From positions 382,796 to 446,795 of the IMG/VR virus record IMGVR_UViG_3300049044_000033: a stretch of DNA of 64,000 bases. One strand, given 5' to 3'. Both the position numbers and the translations under genes were made by a program. Below, piece by piece: positions 17,071 through 26,214 of the stretch; positions within the stretch are counted from its first letter, which is position 1; the number at the start of each line of letters is the position of its first letter. The notes below the pieces were generated by a model, which was not told the DNA's origin, made no database searches, and saw only the letters and a list, made by a program, of their open reading frames with translations. This DNA is from a virus (taxonomy: Duplodnaviria > Heunggongvirae > Uroviricota > Caudoviricetes).

Positions 17071-17127
17071 ACTATATTTATGAGCATAACATAGCCCACA
17101 AATATAGTCATGCCTTAAGGCAGGATG

Positions 17128-18330
17128 TTACTCCTGCCCCTTAGCATCCCTCAAGTCATACCAGGACAACCCGCCCCATAGATGCCTCACAGAATCTACT
17201 CGGCTTTGGCTTGCCAGTTTGTTACCCACGAACTTGACAAGGTATTCATAGAGAGCAGCCTCTCCCTCTTCTAAGCGATCCCACATCCAGAACTTGATGC
17301 CATTCAGAATATCATCCTTGCCCTGCAGGTTCTTTTCGGCGAACTTCTTCTTGCTTCCGTTGAAGTTGTCGAAATCGGCTTGAACTTCCCAGTAGAGATC
17401 ACTTGCGAGCTTCTTCAAACCTGTGAAGATAGTCATGCCAAACTCGTCAGCCTTGGCAACTAGATCTTCAGGTAAGAAAGGCTTGGCATCATCAAGTTTC
17501 TCGTCAATGATCAACCGGATGACATCCTTCTCAAGAGTCATGTGCTCCAGAGTCTTGTGGATCTGGCAATACCATTCACCCTTGAGCTTGCGAGCATGTC
17601 CGTTAATGTCACGCCATACATCGCCTTCTGCACCCTCGAGGGCACGGATTTCCTCAAGGAGTTCCTGGTCAAAACCAGTCATCTCATAGCTGGCATAGAC
17701 TAGAGGGATATCATAGGCTTCTGCCTCTTCCTTCATTTCCTCATAGGTCTTATATTCACCGGTGATGTTTTCACGAATAGCCGTTAAGATCAACTTGGAA
17801 TCAGGATAGTCGATAACAATCCTCTGCTCGCGAGAGCACCATTCAAAGATAGGTGTCCAGCCCTGGCTCATCCAATACTTTGCGAACTCGTGATAGTTGA
17901 CCTTGTCCTTAGTGAATCGGTCAACAGGCTTTGCCACATCAGTCAAACCCATCTTCGTAGCCCAACGAACTTCTCCATTGATCAACAGAGGAGTGATCAT
18001 TGAACCATCAAGCTTTTCGAAGCGACGATAAGGGATTGACCAGTCAATGTTCTGCGGCAAAGTCTCGGGGCGTTCTCCCAAGTTGAAGAACTTGTGATAC
18101 TTGCGTGAGATGATCTCACCCGTCGATGTGCGGAACGTAACACCACGACACTCGCGCAGAATTGCCGTGCGCTCATCGGTCACCGGAGGGAAGGTATCAT
18201 CAAAGTTTACCGCATAGTTGATGATTGTGTAGTCGTGCTCTTCATTGACACGAATCACAAACTCTTCATGACCTTCGATGGCTTTGAGCACTTGGTCGAT
18301 ATGAGTGATGCGAGGAAACTGGTAAGTCAT
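17128..18330 (-). CDS. RNA ligase 1 (T4 Rnl1 family)
   Basis: RECRG, KFFNLGE, motif I EKLDGS, TPIFEW, EG and KLKGEWY. Confidence 0.92.
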   Translation of the reverse strand: MTYQFPRITHIDQVLKAIEGHEEFVIRVNEEHDYTIINYAVNFDDTFPPVTDERTAILRECRGVTFRTSTGEIISRKYHKFFNLGERPETLPQNIDWSIPYRRFEKLDGSMITPLLINGEVRWATKMGLTDVAKPVDRFTKDKVNYHEFAKYWMSQGWTPIFEWCSREQRIVIDYPDSKLILTAIRENITGEYKTYEEMKEEAEAYDIPLVYASYEMTGFDQELLEEIRALEGAEGDVWRDINGHARKLKGEWYCQIHKTLEHMTLEKDVIRLIIDEKLDDAKPFLPEDLVAKADEFGMTIFTGLKKLASDLYWEVQADFDNFNGSKKKFAEKNLQGKDDILNGIKFWMWDRLEEGEAALYEYLVKFVGNKLASQSRVDSVRHLWGGLSWYDLRDAKGQE

Positions 18331-18360
18331 ACGTGGCCCCTAGGCAGTAAATCGATCTGC

Positions 18361-18391
18361 TAAAAAGTAGGGAGCCCGAAGGCTCCCTACT
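18361..18391 (-). terminator. Intrinsic terminator with cUUCGg loop
   Basis: GTAGGGAGCC-TTCG-GGCTCCCTAC-TTTTT. Confidence 0.85.
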
Positions 18392-18414
18392 GGGACCACA
18401 ACCAGTGGGTTTAA

Positions 18415-19035
18415 TTAGGGACGATGCTCAATGACCTGATCGCCCAGACCCATAGCAACAGCTTCTTCGGCCGAGAGGAAGGTGTCGAACTTCATGTTCT
18501 CAAACATTTCCTCATAGGTCTTGCCAGCAGTGTTGTGGCGAACATAAAGTTCAGTGAGGCGCTGGTTGATGCGCTCCGACTCTTCGAACGAACGCTTGGC
18601 ATCTTCGAACTGAAGGGCCTGAACGTGAACCGAACCCGAAGTGCCACGAGTGCCCGACGACACACGATGGATCATAGTGCGCGACTCGGGAAGCAGATAA
18701 CGCTTACCGCCAGCACCGGCCTGAGCCAAGAAGGAACCCATGGAGCAAGCCTGACCCATAACGAGAGTGCAGACGTCTGGCTTGATGAAACGCATCGTGT
18801 CGTAGATGGCCAGACCAGCCGTTACGGCACCACCTGGCGAGTTGATGTAAAGCCAGATATCCTTGGTCAGATCTTCTGATTCAAGAAAGAGAAGCTGGGC
18901 GCAAACAATCTGCGCCATGTGGTCTTCAACTTCGCCATTGAGGAACACAATGCGTTCCTTCAGCAGACGGGAGTAGATGTCGTATGCGCGTTCGCCACGA
19001 TTGGTAGATTCAATGACTGTTGGAACCAGAGGCAT
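18415..19035 (-). CDS. clpP: ATP-dependent Clp protease proteolytic subunit
   Basis: [29 protein letters not shown]. Confidence 0.97.
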   Translation of the reverse strand: MPLVPTVIESTNRGERAYDIYSRLLKERIVFLNGEVEDHMAQIVCAQLLFLESEDLTKDIWLYINSPGGAVTAGLAIYDTMRFIKPDVCTLVMGQACSMGSFLAQAGAGGKRYLLPESRTMIHRVSSGTRGTSGSVHVQALQFEDAKRSFEESERINQRLTELYVRHNTAGKTYEEMFENMKFDTFLSAEEAVAMGLGDQVIEHRP

Positions 19036-19099
19036 TTCTTGAAAACTCCTTATTGCTAGACCGGTTTATTGCCTAGCTGACCTTATTATCAATATTCTT

Positions 19100-19414
19100 T
19101 TACGAAATTTGCCACGCCTGGTGACCACCTCGAAGTTTAAACATCAAGGCATCGTTATTGTCCTCAAAGCGAACAACCATAGTGTATTCGCCTGACTTCT
19201 TGGACTTTGGATGTTGGAAATTATACGAGGACCACTCGCCGGGGCAGTTCTCTTTAAGCCACTCTTGGACCTTCTTTACAGCATCCCAGCTATCGGGAAC
19301 TATAAACTGAACGCGAGTCCAAGATAGGTTCATTGGACCCTGTTGGTTCAGGCGTAGAAGTTCTCTGGTCGAGACTTCTAAGTCAGTAAATCGGATAACT
19401 TCTGGCTGTTTCAT
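19100..19414 (-). CDS. Hypothetical protein, LFKLxW family
   Basis: WLKENCPGEW...VRFEDNNDALMFKLRG. Confidence 0.75.
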   Translation of the reverse strand: MKQPEVIRFTDLEVSTRELLRLNQQGPMNLSWTRVQFIVPDSWDAVKKVQEWLKENCPGEWSSYNFQHPKSKKSGEYTMVVRFEDNNDALMFKLRGGHQAWQIS

Positions 19415-19527
19415 ATCCCCATATTAGTGGTCTGGGGATCTTAGAGTCTATATTGAAGTGCAGGTGCTAGGGCGGGAGAACCATGTCCTATGGGCTTCGT
19501 AGGGCACTCATGATATAGTTGATATGT

Positions 19528-19559
19528 GAACGAGCAGGGAGGCGCCTCCCTGCTCGTTC
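19528..19559. repeat. 32-bp perfect palindrome
   Basis: GAACGAGCAGGGAGGC|GCCTCCCTGCTCGTTC. Confidence 0.9.
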
Positions 19560-19618
19560 TTTACTTCGCCCCGTAGGGCGAGTGAGGAAGGCGCCGAGTT
19601 ACCGGCGACAACCATCCC

Positions 19619-20908
19619 TTATGCGGCGCGCTTTGCCTCGTCCTTGACGTAGTAGGCAGTCATGCCCCACGGAGCAACAATCGAGGTGTTGCCGTGGACG
19701 ATGAACAGCGTATCGCAATATTCCTCTTCACCCCAAGTACCACAGGGGTAGCCGTCAGTGAACATCACGAACTTCTTGGGTTCGATTGCGTCGCCCAGAC
19801 CTTCAACGTTGGGGAAGCCGTAGCCGGCTGGATCGCGCATGAACTCCCAGTTACATTCGAACATGGTGCCACCACCGCCTTGCGGATTGTAGTCCATGAT
19901 CTCGTCGATGTTCGCCGAAGTGAAGACCTTCGGGTTATAAACGCGAGTATCGAAAGTCCACAGGGTCAGCTTGAACTCGTCGAACGTTTCCATGATGCCC
20001 TTGGTTTCCGAGAGGAAGTCCCGCAGCATTTCGTCCGTCATCGAGCCCGAGGTATCGATGCAGACCGCAACGTCAACAGTGTCCTTGAAGTTCTGACCCG
20101 GCAGGATGACCGAAGCACCACCGTCAATCGACCACGACCGCTTCGAAGGACGCGCAAACGTATAGTCGTCCTTGATCGAGGACTGAATGTGCATCTCGAG
20201 AAGCGAGCGCCAGTCCATGATGGGGTTCGTGAAGTCTTCGATGAGGCGCTTAACACCAGCAGGGACCTTGCCAGCGCCAACAGCCTGTGCGGCGTTAATG
20301 GTAGCTGCCTTGATCTCGTTGCGGATCTTTTGCTTGTCTTCCTCAGTCAGCTGCGGAGGACCATCGGGACCACCCTGAACCGTAACAGTGACTTGCTTGC
20401 CGCCGTTGCCGTCGCCGTCCTGCTCGTCGCCATCGCTGCCGTCCATTTCCAAGTGCTCGTCCAGCGTCATCTGGAACTTGGTCTGGTTCTGCTCAAGCAA
20501 ACGGTAGACTTCTTCCGAAGTCATCTCGTCGGTGTAGCGGTCATCATAGAGGCCGCCCTTGGGCATGGCGCCCAGCTTTTCCTTAACCAGCGTATAGTTG
20601 ACGATGTAGTCGTTGGCCATGTTCCACAGCTTGTGCTCGCGTGAGCCCTTACGACCAAGATGGTCATAGACGCAGTGGAGGACTTCGTGGCCAATAAGGA
20701 ACAGCAGCTCGTCGGGAGTCAGTGCCTTAATGAACTCGCGGTTGTAATAGAGCTTGCGACCGTCAGTGGCCGCAGTCTTGCACCACTTAGAAGCGTCCAC
20801 GAGCTCCATCCGGGTAGCAAGGTTGCCGAAGAACGGCTGATTGAAGAGGAGACCCACGCGCGCCTGCACAATCGCCTGCACCACTGGATCCGACATATTA
20901 GCTGCCAT
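19619..20908 (-). CDS. Metallopeptidase-vWA protein (DUF2201-like)
   Basis: TAATDG, HEVLH, WNMANDY; vWA DTSGS, GGGT, FTDG. Confidence 0.9.
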   Translation of the reverse strand: MAANMSDPVVQAIVQARVGLLFNQPFFGNLATRMELVDASKWCKTAATDGRKLYYNREFIKALTPDELLFLIGHEVLHCVYDHLGRKGSREHKLWNMANDYIVNYTLVKEKLGAMPKGGLYDDRYTDEMTSEEVYRLLEQNQTKFQMTLDEHLEMDGSDGDEQDGDGNGGKQVTVTVQGGPDGPPQLTEEDKQKIRNEIKAATINAAQAVGAGKVPAGVKRLIEDFTNPIMDWRSLLEMHIQSSIKDDYTFARPSKRSWSIDGGASVILPGQNFKDTVDVAVCIDTSGSMTDEMLRDFLSETKGIMETFDEFKLTLWTFDTRVYNPKVFTSANIDEIMDYNPQGGGGTMFECNWEFMRDPAGYGFPNVEGLGDAIEPKKFVMFTDGYPCGTWGEEEYCDTLFIVHGNTSIVAPWGMTAYYVKDEAKRAA

Positions 20909-20935
20909 GGGAGCCTTCCTTTCTTGTTCTTACTC

Positions 20936-20963
20936 AATATAGCAGGAGCAGAACTAGTGTCAA
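20936..20963 (-). promoter_or_regulatory. Sigma70-like promoter
   Basis: TTGACA-N16-TATATT with GCTATA extended element. Confidence 0.65.
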
Positions 20964-20975
20964 CCTATTTGCCAT

Positions 20976-21009
20976 AAAAACGGGGTGGAACGTTGCCATT
21001 CCACCCCGT
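20976..21009 (-). terminator. Intrinsic terminator
   Basis: ACGGGGTGGAA...TTCCACCCCGT-TTTT. Confidence 0.75.
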
Positions 21010-21036
21010 CCCGTTAGGCCACGGGAACCGCTTGGA

Positions 21037-22230
21037 TCAAGCGCCCAGGATCAGGTCCTGGTACTTGTCCGAGAAGTCGTCCCAGTTCTTCATGCCCGAA
21101 GGATCGAACTGGATCTTGAAGATCGCCAGTGCGGTGCGCGCACCCATGATCACCATTTCCGACTGGAAGTTGGCCATCATGAAGCCCAGGAAGTTGTCAA
21201 CGTTGACGTTGAACTTCTTCTTGTCTTCGGCCTTGCCCTTGGCTGCAGAATCGAAGCGATCCTTCAGTTCGTAGCAGAGAGCGGTCGTCAGCGCATACAT
21301 CAGCGAAACGTCGGCGCCCTTCTTCAGGTCAGTGACCTTGCCCTCGAGGATGTCGCTCGCAGCCGGCAGATTCGCAGCATTCTTGCGGTATTCGAGGAAC
21401 TTGACCGCAATACCGTCACCAACAGCGCCGGCGATCAGAGCCATCTGAACCGTCTCAGGAATGTTCGGGTCACCGCGCAGGATATCCGAAACGCTTTCCC
21501 ACGAACGAGGAGTCGGGAAGCCGCGCGATGCGCTGGTCGCTTCGAACTGGAACAGTTCGTGCTTGAACGCAGTCAGGTAGCCAACCACTGCCTGGTGGAA
21601 CTGAGTGTTGAGTGCGAAGTTCTGGAAGTCTTCGAAGTCAACCCGCATTTCAATGTGGGTGAAACGATTCTGCAGGGGCGTCGGCATCTTAAACGTTGCG
21701 CCCTTGTCAGTGTCGCGGTTACCGGCTGCCATCACGATCACGTTCGTGGGGCACAGCCATTCACCGAGCGCACCGTCGAGAACAATCTGGTAAGAACCAG
21801 CCTGGACTGAAGGAGCAGCGTTGGGCAGCTCGTCGAGCAGGATGATGGCGCCATCATACTTGTGACCGAAATCGTCTTCGATGGTTGCAGTGCCGTTGGC
21901 GTTGCCGACGTCGCGCTTGGGAAGCAGTGCCGGGATAGCCCATTCGACGTAGGCCTTGCCCTCGTCGTTCTTGAAGGGAACCGGAATACCGCGAAGGTCG
22001 GTCGGTTCCATCTGCGTCAGTCGAATATCGATGAGCTTGAAGTTCAGTTCGTCGGCGACCTGCTCGACAACCGAGGACTTAGCAATACCTGGGGCACCCC
22101 AAATAAACAGACCGCGGCGCTTCTTGCCACGCTTTGCGTTTTCGAGGTTGACTTCGACCATGTGCTTGATCGCAATGGACGCTTCCGACGGCTTCACCGT
22201 CAACGTATCGATACGAGCCTTCTTAGACAT
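21037..22230 (-). CDS. MoxR-like AAA+ ATPase
   Basis: Walker A GAPGIAKS, DLRGIP, Walker B ILLDE, AAGN, NRF, TPRSW. Confidence 0.92.
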   Translation of the reverse strand: MSKKARIDTLTVKPSEASIAIKHMVEVNLENAKRGKKRRGLFIWGAPGIAKSSVVEQVADELNFKLIDIRLTQMEPTDLRGIPVPFKNDEGKAYVEWAIPALLPKRDVGNANGTATIEDDFGHKYDGAIILLDELPNAAPSVQAGSYQIVLDGALGEWLCPTNVIVMAAGNRDTDKGATFKMPTPLQNRFTHIEMRVDFEDFQNFALNTQFHQAVVGYLTAFKHELFQFEATSASRGFPTPRSWESVSDILRGDPNIPETVQMALIAGAVGDGIAVKFLEYRKNAANLPAASDILEGKVTDLKKGADVSLMYALTTALCYELKDRFDSAAKGKAEDKKKFNVNVDNFLGFMMANFQSEMVIMGARTALAIFKIQFDPSGMKNWDDFSDKYQDLILGA

Positions 22231-22278
22231 TTGAACTCCTTGTGGGTGGCCTAACGGTTACAAACTAACCTGCCCTCA

Positions 22279-22306
22279 CCTATACTACTAAAAAGTGGTA
22301 TGTCAA
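22279..22306 (-). promoter_or_regulatory. Sigma70-like promoter
   Basis: TTGACA-N16-TATAGG within an imperfect inverted repeat. Confidence 0.55.
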
Positions 22307-22415
22307 CCTACTTTTTGGTTTCTAGGGGAGGAAGTTGTTTGTCCCCGCCGCTGTTTGCTGGTTAGCGGCACCTTATCAGAAGCGCAATAAGAAAATCACC
22401 ATGTGGTGAAATTTT

Positions 22416-22811
22416 TCAACTCACAAAGGCTTGAAGGAGAGTATCGAGATTGCCAACCAGCTTTGCCTTCATGGCAAGGTCGGCTTCGAAGAGTATGATC
22501 GTGATAGGGAGATATGCAGTGGCATACCAGGGCATACGACATATACGATCCAAATACAGTATATGGCGACTGCTGAAAATCTGTTGCTCAGGGAAGACTA
22601 TTTCATACTTCTTAAAATAGCTGGTCATGATTGCCAGCCCGCCTTGGCTCAATTGGAGCCCGTGCTTATTGTCGTTCCCTCCACGGAAGTTCACAAACAT
22701 CAAGCGGATAATCTCATCATCAGTCATGCCAGGTAGCTGCGATACAGCAGCAACAGGTTTTTCAACCATTGCTTTCTTTATCGCAGCTATTATGGCGTAA
22801 TGGATACTCAC
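22416..22811 (-). CDS. Hypothetical protein
   Basis: Packed ORF; ends FEADLAMKAKLVG, weakly like the LFKL family. Confidence 0.7.
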   Translation of the reverse strand: MSIHYAIIAAIKKAMVEKPVAAVSQLPGMTDDEIIRLMFVNFRGGNDNKHGLQLSQGGLAIMTSYFKKYEIVFPEQQIFSSRHILYLDRICRMPWYATAYLPITIILFEADLAMKAKLVGNLDTLLQAFVS

Positions 22812-23095
22812 TCTGAGATCGGCTTACCACCGGTTAGCTCATAGACCTTGAACTTGTCGGTCTTGAAGAGCTTGTTGAGTTTCTCAGCCAAATTAAAAGC
22901 ATGTCCAGGGTTGCTGAAGCTTACTTTCTTATACTTTGGACCGGGATAGTTGATCAAACTGTTGATCGATCTTAGGTTAATTGGTTTACCATCATAGAAT
23001 ACAGCGTAGATCGCCTCAGCCTCGAGAACCTGTTCGGCCTTGTAGGTCTTGGGATCCGTGTAATCCAAAAGGATCTTTGGCTTTGGCCTGCTCAT
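22808..23095 (-). CDS. Hypothetical protein
   Basis: MSRPKPKILL...KYKKVSFSNPGHA; overlapping start and stop codons. Confidence 0.75.
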   Translation of the reverse strand: MSRPKPKILLDYTDPKTYKAEQVLEAEAIYAVFYDGKPINLRSINSLINYPGPKYKKVSFSNPGHAFNLAEKLNKLFKTDKFKVYELTGGKPISE

Positions 23096-23634
23096 TTGTT
23101 TTCTCCCTTTAGAGCTTTCTTTGCTTCATGAGCACGACGTCTAGCTTCTGGCCAAGGCTTGCCTTTTAGGGCATCGATAGCTGCCTGTCGAATTTCAGGA
23201 CGATGAAACGCATTGTTTTTACTAATTAATTTCTTAGTTTCATCAGAATGCTTCTTACCATAAAAGGGGTTTCCCTCTCCTTGGTATTTGGCCTTTTTAT
23301 CCAAGCTCATTTGGCGTTTTGTTTCTTCAGAATGTTTTCCGAAGGAACCACCAGACATTTTGTTATAACCTTTTGATGGATCGCATGAATTCATTTTAGA
23401 AATCCAATAAATCTCTCGGTCATTTAGAACGCTCTGATCGGAAGCAGTTTGCTCAAGAATTTCAAATTTGAAATTCTCTAGCCCATCCCTGGCTATAGCA
23501 TTTCGAAGATGCAGACTTGTTGACTTGCTACGGTGCTGAGCCCAACGACCTTCAATGCTATGACTTTGGCCTATATAGACTTTATTATCTAGCAGATTAG
23601 TGATCATATAGATCCCAGGGGTGTGGCGAGACAT
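23092..23634 (-). CDS. GIY-YIG homing endonuclease with NUMOD3-like repeats
   Basis: GIYMITN...VYIGQS...RW; GYN; HSEETKRQMS; GNPFYGKKHSDETK; AT-rich. Confidence 0.92.
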   Translation of the reverse strand: MSRHTPGIYMITNLLDNKVYIGQSHSIEGRWAQHRSKSTSLHLRNAIARDGLENFKFEILEQTASDQSVLNDREIYWISKMNSCDPSKGYNKMSGGSFGKHSEETKRQMSLDKKAKYQGEGNPFYGKKHSDETKKLISKNNAFHRPEIRQAAIDALKGKPWPEARRRAHEAKKALKGENK

Positions 23635-23704
23635 TTGCGACCTCTCTTTTAAGCACACGATATTTATCCGTTGACATTTGGATAAAGGGTGTTAGACCCA
23701 ATGT

Positions 23705-24295
23705 ATGAGCGAATATACGAAAATCGTAGGCATGACAGGCGGCATGGGTGCTGGAAAGAGCACTATGATCAATGTTGCGCTGGAAATGGGTATCCCAATC
23801 TTCGATTACGACTACCATGTTCGTAAAGCTTACGAAGACCAAGAATTCGCAAATTTTGTTGGTCGTGCGATCTACCTCAATGAGGAGACCGTCACAAAAG
23901 CTATGGTCGCTGAGGCTATCGTGGCAGACCCCACTAAACTTCCAGTAGTGGAACGGTGCGTGATGGCCAAGATTGAGAAAGAGTTTGCAGAGGTCAAAGC
24001 AACTAACCCTGCGCCGTTCCTCCTCGTCGACGCGCCTATGCTATTTGAAATGGGCTGGGACCAAGAATGCGATTTTGTTATTGCTATTCAGTGTCCTAGA
24101 GAGATTCGCGAAGAACGGGTTATGAAACGACCTGGCATGACAGCCGAAAAGATGAAGCTGCTCATGGATAAACAAATGTCCGAAGAGGATCGTCTCCTCA
24201 AAGGACAATTCATCATCCACACAAATCAGCCAGTTGAAAAGTCCATCCGATCAATGGGTGGCATACTAGATCATTTACGGGAATTTTACGCATGA
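23705..24295 (+). CDS. coaE: Dephospho-CoA kinase
   Basis: GMTGGMGAGKST, DAPMLFE, ERVMKR, QM; reads on + (ATGAGCGAATATACG at 23705). Confidence 0.9.
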   Translation: MSEYTKIVGMTGGMGAGKSTMINVALEMGIPIFDYDYHVRKAYEDQEFANFVGRAIYLNEETVTKAMVAEAIVADPTKLPVVERCVMAKIEKEFAEVKATNPAPFLLVDAPMLFEMGWDQECDFVIAIQCPREIREERVMKRPGMTAEKMKLLMDKQMSEEDRLLKGQFIIHTNQPVEKSIRSMGGILDHLREFYA

Positions 24296-24813
24296 GCACG
24301 TTTGGCCTATATGCTGGATCATTTGATCCATTGACACGTGGTCATCTTGACATCATCAGCAAGGCAGCTCAGACGTTTGATGGGCTTCATGTTGGTATCG
24401 GAAAGAATGCTGCTAAAAAGGGCTTCTTCGATACTCAGAAGAGAATCGAACTCATCTATAGCGCGATTGAGGAGTGGGAAAATCCCATACTTCAACAGGC
24501 GGTCCAGCAAGGTCGCTTAACTGTTGGTGAATATTCCAGCATCTCGGTTATCAAATATGCCAACCAAATTGGCGCCACGCATATTGTCCGAGGGCTTCGA
24601 CAAGCCGGTGACTTCAATGATGAATTCGCGCTCACAGGTATTGCGGGGCAATTGGATTCAACCCTGATATTCACTCACTTCATCTGCAAAGAGAAGTATC
24701 TCCATGTCTCGAGTTCAACTGCTCGAGAATTGGCTAAGTTGGATGAAGACGTGAACTGGCTTGTCACTCCTAGTGTTGCTGCTGCGTTAAAGGACGAATT
24801 CAAGAATTCGTAA
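24292..24813 (+). CDS. coaD: Phosphopantetheine adenylyltransferase
   Basis: YAGSFDPLTRGHLDII, VRGLR..DF..E, VSSS; reads on +. Confidence 0.93.
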   Translation: MSTFGLYAGSFDPLTRGHLDIISKAAQTFDGLHVGIGKNAAKKGFFDTQKRIELIYSAIEEWENPILQQAVQQGRLTVGEYSSISVIKYANQIGATHIVRGLRQAGDFNDEFALTGIAGQLDSTLIFTHFICKEKYLHVSSSTARELAKLDEDVNWLVTPSVAAALKDEFKNS

Positions 24814-24843
24814 ATACTAGATCGATCGAGAGAAACTCGACGA

Positions 24844-25068
24844 TTGGAGAGTGACATGGATGCTAGCTATCTTTTGACATTTGGATTGTGGCTATTTCTG
24901 CTATTCGCAATCCCATCAGCTTGCTATTCTACCTACACGGAAATTAAGGGAAGAACGATGTGTTCTTCCCTTATGATTTCAATGATGATCGCTATCTCGT
25001 TCATGGGATACGCATTCTACGTATTCACGAAGGTCTGCTTCCCAGAGGTCAGCACGTCCTTCCTGTAA
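24844..25068 (+). CDS. Small two-TM membrane protein
   Basis: Two hydrophobic segments; GGAG RBS; TAAATA upstream. Confidence 0.55.
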   Translation: MESDMDASYLLTFGLWLFLLFAIPSACYSTYTEIKGRTMCSSLMISMMIAISFMGYAFYVFTKVCFPEVSTSFL

Positions 25069-25257
25069 CGTAGATTCCCCAAACCACTTGCGGGGATTAC
25101 CGCAGCAATAACTGGAACAAGGAGTAGGAGTTACGGCTGACCGCCTGATCCATTTAACTTGATTCCTGTGACCGCACCAACCGGATGCACTCGCACGTTG
25201 TTCTGCCCGAGCAATTGAACGCGCCCTCTGAGCGCGTCTCCAAGACCTATCTCGCAT
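24979..25257 (-). CDS. Small basic protein with C-S-x-x-C-C-G-N-P-R motif
   Basis: GGAGG RBS; TPTPCSSYCCGNPRKWFG..TLQE. Confidence 0.65.
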   Translation of the reverse strand: MRDRSWRRAQRARSIARAEQRASASGWCGHRNQVKWIRRSAVTPTPCSSYCCGNPRKWFGESTLQEGRADLWEADLREYVECVSHERDSDHH

Positions 25258-25341
25258 GTTAACCTCCACACGCCTAGGCCCCAGCTTGATTGCCAGGGTC
25301 AGGGTGTGAAGGGTGGTCCAGAAGTGTAGAAATCCATAACG

Positions 25342-26214
25342 TTACTTACTGGAAATTTCCAATTGAGTCAAGGTAAAGGGTGGATTTTCCCTCGGATAGC
25401 CCCTGGCATTGTTGGCATACACGACACCATCCTTCTCTACCATTTGCCTCTGGTGAGTATGGCCATATATCCAACCTTTGATCTTCTTGTTTGTGTCGGC
25501 CTTGATGACCTGATCCAAACAAGTATTCACATAAGAGGGAGTAAGGGCATTCCAGACTGGATTGTTGTCCTTCCACTCCATGAGATCAGCTCTCGGACTC
25601 ATATGGGTGACCATAACGATGGATTCTACGTTTGCGTCATTTTGAGCGCCACGCACTTGATCAGCAAGATTGAGACTTTGTGTCATAGCCAAGCGAAGTG
25701 GCGAATCCTTCCCGAAGTCAGGGTAACGAGAGTCATTGGAATAGGAGTTCCAAGCTCGCTGCGCCATAAAGCTTGAGATACCACGATCCGCATAAGCCTC
25801 AAAGTCATACCAAGCAGTGGCACCAAAGAATGCCACCCCATCTAGGATGAGGCTATTCTGTGAATCCAAATAGTAGACGTTTGGCAACCTAGATAGCTCT
25901 TCGGCTAAGAACTGCATCGCATTCTCGACCGTCATCTCGTCACTATAATGCTCATGGTTCCCATCGACAACAATCACATACTCATATTCGGCTGCGGCTG
26001 CTTCAATGACTTCCTTGGTGGTCATCATGCTATTCGAGGTGTCACCGGCAATGACAAGAACCCTACTATCGGGATTCCTATACTGCGCCCAATCCAAATA
26101 CAAGAACGTAGACTCATGAGGCTCACCCATCCAGCGACGGTGAGTTGGATCATGAAGTTGAGTAGTCCCGTGCCATGCATCAACATGGAGATCTGAACAG
26201 AAATCAATCTTCAC
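25342..26214 (-). CDS. Calcineurin-like metallophosphoesterase
   Basis: SDLH, AGD, GNHE, TH, YGHTH, NARGY. Confidence 0.92.
   Translation of the reverse strand: MKIDFCSDLHVDAWHGTTQLHDPTHRRWMGEPHESTFLYLDWAQYRNPDSRVLVIAGDTSNSMMTTKEVIEAAAAEYEYVIVVDGNHEHYSDEMTVENAMQFLAEELSRLPNVYYLDSQNSLILDGVAFFGATAWYDFEAYADRGISSFMAQRAWNSYSNDSRYPDFGKDSPLRLAMTQSLNLADQVRGAQNDANVESIVMVTHMSPRADLMEWKDNNPVWNALTPSYVNTCLDQVIKADTNKKIKGWIYGHTHQRQMVEKDGVVYANNARGYPRENPPFTLTQLEISSK

Noticed and set aside
19694-20644. 316-aa plus-strand ORF, and similar ones at 48237-49400, 11345-11896 and 39577-40104
   Set aside because: Antisense shadows of well-supported genes with biased codon use; no RBS or recognisable motifs.
23705-24813. 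ORF track labels coaE (23705-24295) and coaD (24292-24813) as minus strand
   Set aside because: Both proteins read directly from the + strand (ATGAGCGAATAT... at 23705, ATGAGCACGTTT... at 24292), so they are annotated as +.
13292-24813. Host chromosomal contamination (cysS, clpP, coaDE)
   Set aside because: These genes are interleaved and coupled with phage-specific paralog families and share the same promoter style.
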